From assembly GCF_000253055.1 (NCBI RefSeq), contig NC_016070.1, positions 600,001 through 632,000 of the forward strand: DNA of 32,000 bases. The letters run 5' to 3'. This document shows positions 25,371 to 32,000 of this stretch, piece by piece; within the stretch, counting starts at the first letter, position 1; each line of letters starts with the position of its first letter. Below the pieces are notes generated by a model. That model had not been told where the DNA came from. It did not search any database and saw only the letters and a program-made list of their open reading frames with translations. The DNA is from Thermoproteus tenax Kra 1. Lineage in GTDB: Archaea > Thermoproteota > Thermoprotei > Thermoproteales > Thermoproteaceae. Made by a program: the position numbers and the translations under genes.

Positions 25371-26029
25371 GTCGCCCTCTCGACCTCCGCCTCCTTCTGC
25401 ACCTCTGCTATACCTTCAGTCTTGGGATAGGCCAGAACCTTTATCTTGGCCACCTCGACCTTCCTCATAGGATATATCTTTTTGGCTGCCAAGAAGAGGT
25501 CTGCCGCAAATGCGCCCTGCAGAACCTCCTTCAATAAAGCATCTATATCAAGCGAGGGCACCTTCTGCGCCACCACCGACGAGAAGGCCTTTCTTATCGC
25601 CGATTTTCTACTAGCGCTTGTTTTAAATGCAGTAATGCCCAATATAGTGAACCTCAGCCTCCAACCGTCCCTAGTCGCCACATCGATGTGTGCCACCACC
25701 TTGCTTGTGCCCTTCCTTATCAGCGACCTGAGATAATCTCTAGATAGCTCAAGACCCTTGAACCTAGTATAAGCGTTGCTCCCATCCACCCGGTTTATCT
25801 GGAGCTTTATCTTGATCGGAAGGTGCGAGATGTCCTTAGTTAGATCGAAGAAGGAGATCTCGAGGGTCCTCGCCAGAAGCTTCGAGGCCTCTGAAGCGGG
25901 GACCTCGGCCACGGCGGCTCCCCCCAAATATGAGGGCGTGTACACGGTGTACCACCTCTTCGTTGCCCATACGTCCTTCTTTGAGATCACTACCTTCTCC
26001 TGTTGCGTCGCCTGTTGCCGCTCGGCCAC
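25364..26029 (-). CDS. rps3ae: 30S ribosomal protein S3Ae (eS1)
   Basis: VISKKDVWATKRWYTVYTPSYLGGAAVAEVPAS, INRVDGSNAYTRFKGLELSRDYLRSLIRKGTSKV. Confidence 0.95.
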   Translation of the reverse strand: MAERQQATQQEKVVISKKDVWATKRWYTVYTPSYLGGAAVAEVPASEASKLLARTLEISFFDLTKDISHLPIKIKLQINRVDGSNAYTRFKGLELSRDYLRSLIRKGTSKVVAHIDVATRDGWRLRFTILGITAFKTSASRKSAIRKAFSSVVAQKVPSLDIDALLKEVLQGAFAADLFLAAKKIYPMRKVEVAKIKVLAYPKTEGIAEVQKEAEVERATQ

Positions 26030-26085
26030 GAGCCCTCACGGATGTAGGGTATAAATACATTGGCCCTCCGGAGGGGCCGGGCACG

Positions 26086-26331
26086 TTAGAGCGACCGAGC
26101 CACTTCCCCGACTACCTTCAGAGACCTTAATATTTCGTCCAATGTATTCTTCAACGTCATCACATCATCGTGGACTATGGTCACGATGTATCGGCCGTCG
26201 CGGCACTGATGTCTTATCTCGAGACCCTCGGGCGCGTCCACATCGTCAGGCGCAAGCGCTAGAGAGATGTCACAAGGCAAGTCCGTCTCTACCTCGACTA
26301 CTATTTTATTAGCTCCAACAGATCCGGCCAT
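26086..26331 (-). CDS. pcc1: KEOPS complex subunit Pcc1-like protein
   Basis: SLALAPDDVDAPEGLEIRHQCRDGRYIVTIVHDDVMTLKNTLDEILRSLKVV; location between rps3ae and the RecJ-like gene. Start uncertain (listed ORF begins at 26364). Confidence 0.8.
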   Translation of the reverse strand: MAGSVGANKIVVEVETDLPCDISLALAPDDVDAPEGLEIRHQCRDGRYIVTIVHDDVMTLKNTLDEILRSLKVVGEVARSL

Positions 26332-27338
26332 TTGTCCCTGGGAAGATATATTAGGAACCCCCAACTGTAGGCGGTTGTCTGACCGAGGCTTTTCGCCTTC
26401 TCTAACAATGTCTGAACCTTCTGCCGCTCCTTGTAAGGAAAGACTACCGATGCGGCGAAACCTCTTCCTACGTCGGCCCTCAACACGACAACGCCCTTTA
26501 TCTTTGTGGAGTAGGCGAGATAGCCTCCCAACTTAATAGCGTAAAATACATTATTAGTTTGAATAATATTATTTTTTTGCTGTTCAAGTAATTCTACTAT
26601 ATATTTTATATGATTTTTAATATCATCTATTGCATTGGCTACTATAAGTTCTATTTCTTGTGCCCTAGTCGCTATATCTACTTCGGGCGGAACATACCTA
26701 ATGGCTTTATCGGCTATCGCGGGCATGAAACCGGCGTCATATACAGCGCCCAAGACTTCGTCGAGTATATCTAGGATTCTCTCTCCGACCTCCTCCAGAG
26801 TTTTGCTCTCCTTTATGCCTCTGCCTATAACGCCTGGGAGTATAGGCAAGGTGGAATTGGCCAGAGCCTCGCCCAACGGTTTGTTTGAAAACGGAAGGGA
26901 GAACTTCCGTACTGCTCCTATTTCTGAGATTATGTCCATAGGCTCTTCACATCTAATATCACAATTGTCTACTAGCCAACTATAAATACCAATATATAAT
27001 TTTAGTGCTTCATTTTTATCTATTGATGAAATAGATTTTGCCAACTTGAACGTCAGATAGCTCAACGGAGTTGGCGATGGGAGCTCCAGCGTGGCATCGT
27101 CGATACCAACTTCGTTCTCATGTAGATATAGGCCGTTGCACTTAAAGCCTATACATATACCGGACTCCGGAGGCCAGTCCAATATCTTGACCTGCGCCGT
27201 ATTTCCGAACTTTTCGGCAAGATAATATCCTGCCACATAGGCATCGACCGTCCTTTTTACGTAAATAGTTATAATATCCTGATCGAAATATTCAAGAATT
27301 TTATTTATATTATCAAGTATAAATTTTTCTAATTCCAC
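26301..27338 (-). CDS. DHH/RecJ-like phosphoesterase homologue, probably catalytically inactive (archaeal Cdc45/RecJ-like candidate)
   Basis: Syntenic position rps15-X-pcc1-rps3ae; N-terminal TIYVKRTVDAYVAGYYLAEKFG sits where an active enzyme would carry HxDxDG. Confidence 0.6.
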   Translation of the reverse strand: MELEKFILDNINKILEYFDQDIITIYVKRTVDAYVAGYYLAEKFGNTAQVKILDWPPESGICIGFKCNGLYLHENEVGIDDATLELPSPTPLSYLTFKLAKSISSIDKNEALKLYIGIYSWLVDNCDIRCEEPMDIISEIGAVRKFSLPFSNKPLGEALANSTLPILPGVIGRGIKESKTLEEVGERILDILDEVLGAVYDAGFMPAIADKAIRYVPPEVDIATRAQEIELIVANAIDDIKNHIKYIVELLEQQKNNIIQTNNVFYAIKLGGYLAYSTKIKGVVVLRADVGRGFAASVVFPYKERQKVQTLLEKAKSLGQTTAYSWGFLIYLPRDKWPDLLELIK

Positions 27339-27339
27339 A

Positions 27340-27795
27340 TTATGTTGCTAAGTGTGACAGTTTCTCCGGAGAATAGACGAAATCGGACGGCAGTTTGCCG
27401 ATCCTCTTATAGTACTTCACAAGCCTGTGTATCTTAGACTCCACTAGCTGAAGCCCGCGCCTGGAGCCCATGTCCTTCGGATGCTCCTCCAGATGTCTCC
27501 TTATCCTAAGCGCTTTTTTAATCAAATTGAGAAGATCCTCGGGGATCTCCATCCTCATGCCGTGCTCCTCCAGTATCTTCGTGATCTTCTTGCCTGTGAT
27601 AACCTTCACCAATGGGACTCCGTACTGATCTCTAAGAACAACGCCTATCTGAGATGGGGGAAATCCCCTTCTGTATAACTCAAGCACTAGCTGTTCTACC
27701 TCCTCTGGCGTGTATTGTATCCAGCTGGGCGCGGTCGCATGGGGCGGTCTTGTCGAGGAGGATCTCCCTCTCTTGTGTCTGCTCCGGTGAGGCAC
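27340..27795 (-). CDS. rps15: 30S ribosomal protein S15 (uS15)
   Basis: [98 protein letters not shown]. Confidence 0.96.
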   Translation of the reverse strand: MPHRSRHKRGRSSSTRPPHATAPSWIQYTPEEVEQLVLELYRRGFPPSQIGVVLRDQYGVPLVKVITGKKITKILEEHGMRMEIPEDLLNLIKKALRIRRHLEEHPKDMGSRRGLQLVESKIHRLVKYYKRIGKLPSDFVYSPEKLSHLAT

Positions 27796-27842
27796 GAGAC
27801 CTCAAAATGTCAGAGTTAAAAAGCTTAAGCTTGTCGAAGGCG

Positions 27843-28577
27843 ATGGAATCTCCCAGCTATCCGTGGGACCTTCCTCTTGTAAATTTATATGGAGATGTAG
27901 TCCTGACCTTTATGTACTACGATGTCCCGTTCGTGCCAACGCCGGAGGTCGTCGTCAGACGGATGCTTCAACTGGCCCGGGTGAGACCCGGCGAGGTGTT
28001 GTACGACCTGGGTAGCGGTGACGGGCGTATAGTCATAATGGCCGCCAAGGAGTTTGGCGCATACGCGAGAGGGATAGAGATCAGAAAGGATCTTTATGAG
28101 CAGAGCATGGCGAGGATAAGAGACTTGGGGTTGGAGGGAAGGGCTGTGATTCTGAACACCAATTTCTTTGACGCCGATATCTCAGATGCCGACGTGGTCA
28201 CTATGTACTTGCTCACGTCGGTCAACGAGAGGCTGAAACCTAAGTTGGAGAAAGAATTGAGACCCGGCACGAGGATAGTTAGCCACGACTTCGAGGTGTC
28301 GGGCTGGAGACCGTTAGTAGTCGAGGAGATATATGAAGAGTGGCGTTCACACAAGATCTATCTCTACAAGATACCGGGCAAAGAGGTGCCGGTGCCCTCA
28401 AGCAGGGCAGGTAAAGTAGACGACCCATTGGCCGAGAGAGTTATGGCGTTGGTTGACGGCAATAACTCCATAGAGGACATAGCATCGAAACTCAATATGA
28501 CCCCAAGAGAGGTGAGGAACGTTGTGAACAAACTGATGGGCGCAGGTCTCGTCGAAGAGATAAGAATAATCAGATGA
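27843..28577 (+). CDS. SAM-dependent methyltransferase with C-terminal winged-helix-like domain
   Basis: VLYDLGSGDGRIVIMAAKEFG; C-terminus VDGNNSIEDIASKLNMTPREVRNVVNKLMGAGLVEEIRI. ATG 27843 preferred over listed 27654 (upstream part is antisense to rps15). Confidence 0.85.
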   Translation: MESPSYPWDLPLVNLYGDVVLTFMYYDVPFVPTPEVVVRRMLQLARVRPGEVLYDLGSGDGRIVIMAAKEFGAYARGIEIRKDLYEQSMARIRDLGLEGRAVILNTNFFDADISDADVVTMYLLTSVNERLKPKLEKELRPGTRIVSHDFEVSGWRPLVVEEIYEEWRSHKIYLYKIPGKEVPVPSSRAGKVDDPLAERVMALVDGNNSIEDIASKLNMTPREVRNVVNKLMGAGLVEEIRIIR

Positions 28578-29458
28578 GGGAGCTCATCGAGGTCTATAGA
28601 AAGATAGGGGGGTTTCAAGCTCTCCACGTCGCTCAGGCAGCCGATGTACTTAAAGAGGCCCTTGAGAGGGCGGATCTCCGTTTTTTCTCCTTCACAGCAA
28701 ACTTAGTGGCGACAGGCCTAAGGGAGTTCATCGCTGAGGCTGTCAGGAGGAGGCTCTTCAACGTGATAATAACGACGGCCGGCGCCTTAGATCACGATAT
28801 TGCGAAGGCCGAGGGCGCCTCCTATGTTCCCGCCTCCTTCGACCTAGACGATGTGGACTTGGCAGACAAGGGATACCACAGGCTTGGCAACCTCGTAATA
28901 AGAAGGGAGGAATATGGGCCTTATGTAGAGCGCTTCGTCTTCAGAGCTCTCGACTCGCTCAACAGAGACAGAGTTGCCACCTTTGAGCTCGCGCAACACT
29001 TCGGCGAAATGATGCCCGAGAGCTCAATTTTGGGGGCAGCCGCTAGAGCCGGCGTCAAGGTGTTCGTGCCTGGCATAGTCGATGGCGCCGTAGGAACCGC
29101 CTTATTGACCTATAACGATGCCCAGAGGGTTAAGAGGGGCGGCAAGCCTGTGACAATAGATATCTTGAAGGACGAGGAGGAGCTGAGGGAGCTTGTCTAC
29201 AATGCCAGATCGTCAGCGGCTCTGATAGTCGGAGGCGGTATCTCAAAACATCACGTCATCTGGTGGGCCCAGTTCAAGGGCGGTTTAGACTATGTAGTAT
29301 ACATAACAACCGCCACCGAGTACGATGGCTCTCTCAGCGGCGCGAGACCTCGCGAGGCTATCACGTGGGGAAAGGTGAAAAGGGGCGCAAAGGCGGTTCA
29401 CATAATGGCAGATGCCACCTTGGTCTTGCCCATACTTCTCCAGTATCTGTGGTCATAG
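28574..29458 (+). CDS. dys: deoxyhypusine synthase
   Basis: TTAGALDHDIAK, GGGISKHHVIWWAQFKGGLDYVVYITTATEYDGSLSGARPREAITWGKV contains the active-site Lys region. Confidence 0.95.
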   Translation: MRELIEVYRKIGGFQALHVAQAADVLKEALERADLRFFSFTANLVATGLREFIAEAVRRRLFNVIITTAGALDHDIAKAEGASYVPASFDLDDVDLADKGYHRLGNLVIRREEYGPYVERFVFRALDSLNRDRVATFELAQHFGEMMPESSILGAAARAGVKVFVPGIVDGAVGTALLTYNDAQRVKRGGKPVTIDILKDEEELRELVYNARSSAALIVGGGISKHHVIWWAQFKGGLDYVVYITTATEYDGSLSGARPREAITWGKVKRGAKAVHIMADATLVLPILLQYLWS

Positions 29459-29479
29459 CGAAACTAACTTAAACACAAG

Positions 29480-30427
29480 ATGAAGGCGTCCCTTGTGTCC
29501 CCAATAGTGGCTCTCATAGTCTCCTTCGTGGCCGGCGTCGCAGTAGGCCCCCTATGGATAGCCTATCAGAGACGGAGAGGCATAACCTCGGTAGATGTAT
29601 TTAAGAACCGGCGCGATGTGCCTAAGGCGGGAGGCCTCATCGCCATGGTGGCAGGCCTCATTGGTCTGTGGATCTTAGCGTCCGGCGATGGACGGCTCTA
29701 CTACGCCCTAGTTGTGGCCGCGATAATAGGCGCTGTGGGCTTGTTGGATGACCTATACGATATCAACGAGGGAGTGCGGGTGGCTGTGCCCCTCCTGGCT
29801 GCTGCATTCCTCTACGCGACAGTTAAACTTCGTATGACATTGCCCTTCATGGGCACGTTCTACAGCCCCTCTTGGCTCGCTGTGCTATCAATACCTGTGA
29901 TGACAAACGCGTTCAATATGTTGGACCCCGTGAACGGGTTCCTCCCACTGTCTAATGCCATCATCGGCTCCTCTCTTGCCCTCAGCGCTTTCCTGGCAGG
30001 CAACTACGAGGCCATGTACGCCTTTCTAGTCCACACGGCGGCCTCGCTCTCGCTCTTCGTGTACAACAAGTATCCAGCTAAGACCTTCAACGGCAACGTG
30101 GGTAGCTACTTCTTAGGCGGAGAGATCGCAGTGCTCGCAGCCGTCTACGACATGGTGCCTCAGTTGGTCTTTGCGTCGATGCCGTATATTGTGAACGGCA
30201 TCTTGATAATATTCTCAGCAAGAGGCATAAGAGGCCGGAGCAGGATAGATAGGCCGACGGTCTTAAAAAATGGAACAGTGGAACAGAATTGCGATTCCAA
30301 GATACTCAGTTTAGTGAGACTCATAGTGAGCGAGGACCCTTTGGATGAATACGGCATATTTAAGCGACTGACATTCTTAGTAGCTCTATCGTCGCTCTTA
30401 TCCATAGCGATTAGCATGACGATATGA
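29480..30427 (+). CDS. glycosyltransferase family 4 (GPT/MraY-like) polyprenyl-phosphate sugar-1-phosphate transferase
   Basis: KNRRDVPKAGGLIAM, GLLDDLYDI, TNAFNMLDPVNG, FVYNKYPAKTFNGNVGSYFLGG. Confidence 0.9.
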   Translation: MKASLVSPIVALIVSFVAGVAVGPLWIAYQRRRGITSVDVFKNRRDVPKAGGLIAMVAGLIGLWILASGDGRLYYALVVAAIIGAVGLLDDLYDINEGVRVAVPLLAAAFLYATVKLRMTLPFMGTFYSPSWLAVLSIPVMTNAFNMLDPVNGFLPLSNAIIGSSLALSAFLAGNYEAMYAFLVHTAASLSLFVYNKYPAKTFNGNVGSYFLGGEIAVLAAVYDMVPQLVFASMPYIVNGILIIFSARGIRGRSRIDRPTVLKNGTVEQNCDSKILSLVRLIVSEDPLDEYGIFKRLTFLVALSSLLSIAISMTI

Positions 30428-30642
30428 AGAGAGCTTTGGCCGTAGTGCTCTTCTCGTGGGCCTTGCTCTTGTTCTACTTATACATAGGCGCCCTCCTTTT
30501 GAACTATCTTAGAATTCGCCTTGTGTCCTATATAAGCGTAGGCGACATTGTCGCAGTAGGTCTAATGTTGCTCTATGGATATGGAGTATACTATGTCGGA
30601 AAAGAGACAGCCCAGAGCTCGTGTAAGCCTAAAGGACGTTGA
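30424..30642 (+). CDS. small membrane protein (72 aa)
   Basis: Two hydrophobic segments; 4-bp overlap with the upstream GT4 gene. Confidence 0.55.
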   Translation: MKRALAVVLFSWALLLFYLYIGALLLNYLRIRLVSYISVGDIVAVGLMLLYGYGVYYVGKETAQSSCKPKGR

Positions 30643-30760
30643 GATATTGGCGTCTATCCTCTCCGGTGGCGGCGAGGAGTTTCACAATAGGATACTCGCG
30701 ATAGAGAGAGAAGTTAGAAAATTAGAGTTATTAGTTAATCAAATGCTTGATCAGACGTGA
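30575..30760 (+). CDS. small coiled-coil-like protein upstream of the GTPase
   Basis: RVSLKDVEILASILSGGGEEFHNRILAIEREVRKLELLVNQMLDQT; coupled to the GTPase gene (GTGA). Start probably internal (MSEKRQ). Confidence 0.5.
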   Translation: MDMEYTMSEKRQPRARVSLKDVEILASILSGGGEEFHNRILAIEREVRKLELLVNQMLDQT

Positions 30761-31242
30761 AGAAGGTAGTATGGGCAGTCCTTGGCGTAGGCGGCGTGGG
30801 CAAGACCACGTACATATACAGACTGCTCGGTCTCTCACTTAAACCGAGAATAACTCTGAGACCCGGCGTATATAGATACTACTACGGCGACTATGAGATG
30901 GATGTGATAGATGTGCCAGGGCAGTTGGCCAGAGAGGTCGCCTTAAATTTCAGCAGGACTTGGTCCTTTTACGTAGATCTCATGGTCTATATGTATGACG
31001 TAACGGATCCAGCGTCTTTGAGGGCCGTGGCTGAGATACACAGCGCCCTATTGGATGCAGGCTTGAAACCGTTCAGAAAGGCGGTCCTAGTGGGAAACAA
31101 GCGAGATCTGGCCGAGGAGATAGGCACTATGATAGAGGGGGATGAGATGGCCAAGGCGGTCGGCGCCTCTAGGATATACTATGTGTCGGCGCTGAAGGAT
31201 CCGCCAAACGAGTTAATAAAGCCGGTTATCGAAAATCTGTAA
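30757..31242 (+). CDS. small Ras/Arf-like GTPase
   Basis: Walker A LGVGGVGKTTYIYRL, G3 DVPGQ, G4 NKRD, G5-like SALK. Confidence 0.88.
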   Translation: MKKVVWAVLGVGGVGKTTYIYRLLGLSLKPRITLRPGVYRYYYGDYEMDVIDVPGQLAREVALNFSRTWSFYVDLMVYMYDVTDPASLRAVAEIHSALLDAGLKPFRKAVLVGNKRDLAEEIGTMIEGDEMAKAVGASRIYYVSALKDPPNELIKPVIENL

Positions 31243-31996
31243 TACATACACTTTCGTCGTTCTCGACGATCTGACCTCCGTACTTAGTGGATAGCTCCTC
31301 ACATGTGGGGGGCTGCTCCAGTCCCACAGCCTTGCTCATTAGTGTGGCTAATTCGCCGAGAACTCCTTTAACATAAATATAAATTATTTCTCTTGATATA
31401 TTCCTTAAAGATTCAATATTAGATAATCTATGACAAACTATAGCTGTATCGAATTTACCATACTTTGACTGTAATAGTGATAGATCTGTCGTAGGCTCAA
31501 CCGCTATGAAGGCGGCAGGCGCTAAATATGACGTGAGGGGGGCGCTGAAGATGGGCAACAGCGAGAGCCTTTCGCTTTCAACGTCTAGGACATCTTGAAA
31601 GTCGTCGCTTATGACAAGATCTCTTCCTGCTTGTGCCGATAGCTCCGATGAGAAACCACACGGCAGAAAGCCGTATACCAAGGTCAGTCCTCCCCAGGGC
31701 AGAATCTCAGACGCTACTCTGATCCTAACCTCTTGAAACAGATAGGTAAAAGAGTGCAGAAGAGTTGTATTTAGTTCAAAGGAATTACCGAGTAGATATG
31801 GAACAATTATATTATCTATCACATTGGCCACTATAGGATCTCCTCTGTCTGGCGGTAATTTACCCGTCCTCATATATATATCTCCTCTTTTAATAAAATA
31901 TCCAAGTTCTAGTAATATTTTATAAAGGGGTTCCAGTCTTTCATCGGGCCTAATTGCAGCGTTCATTATCGCCAGTCTGGCGAAGTTGCTCGCCAA
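31226..31996 (-). CDS. uncharacterised protein, possible divergent methyltransferase-fold protein related to 15258-16229
   Basis: 256-aa ORF convergent with the GTPase; N-terminal LYKILLELGYFIKRGDIYMR echoes LYLSLLENGYIDREGRIIRR of 15258-16229. Confidence 0.55.
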   Translation of the reverse strand: MASNFARLAIMNAAIRPDERLEPLYKILLELGYFIKRGDIYMRTGKLPPDRGDPIVANVIDNIIVPYLLGNSFELNTTLLHSFTYLFQEVRIRVASEILPWGGLTLVYGFLPCGFSSELSAQAGRDLVISDDFQDVLDVESERLSLLPIFSAPLTSYLAPAAFIAVEPTTDLSLLQSKYGKFDTAIVCHRLSNIESLRNISREIIYIYVKGVLGELATLMSKAVGLEQPPTCEELSTKYGGQIVENDESVCITDFR

Positions 31997-32000
31997 GATG

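Noticed and set aside
1-32000. CRISPR array, transposase or defence cassette
   Set aside because: No regularly spaced direct repeats, transposase motifs or known defence gene signatures were found; most genes are housekeeping or metabolic.

Overview
The window is a gene-dense segment of a hyperthermophilic crenarchaeal chromosome. Gene content, TATA-to-start spacing and an intron-bearing tRNA suggest the Thermoproteales (Pyrobaculum/Thermoproteus-like). Supported content: PPP phosphatase, TatD-like hydrolase, YbaK-like deacylase, CBS protein, tRNA-Cys(GCA) with a short non-canonical intron, fucose-isomerase-like protein, UbiD/UbiA divergent pair, CobD/CbiB, radical SAM protein, secreted PLD-like protein, GC-rich GT2-GtrA glycosyltransferase, tandem KaiC-like ATPase, Taw3, methyltransferases, TRIC/UPF0126 protein, ThpR, ABCE1, TFS-like zinc ribbon, IorAB, Rio-family kinase, KH protein, the rps15/RecJ-Cdc45-like/pcc1/rps3ae cluster, deoxyhypusine synthase, GT4 transferase and a small Ras-like GTPase. 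I see no CRISPR array, recognisable transposase or toxin/defence cassette. The best leads are: (i) a very GC-rich, foldable, apparently non-coding stretch at the left edge (1-255); (ii) a structured intergenic region after iorB (23634-23844), with similar CGCCCTTWAGGG palindromes on both sides of the Rio kinase gene; (iii) the tRNA-Cys intron in the anticodon stem; (iv) two divergent methyltransferase-fold-like proteins that may be paralogs (15258-16229 and 31226-31996); (v) an uncharacterised gene pair at 16749-17785; (vi) a RecJ/Cdc45-like protein that appears to lack the DHH motif.
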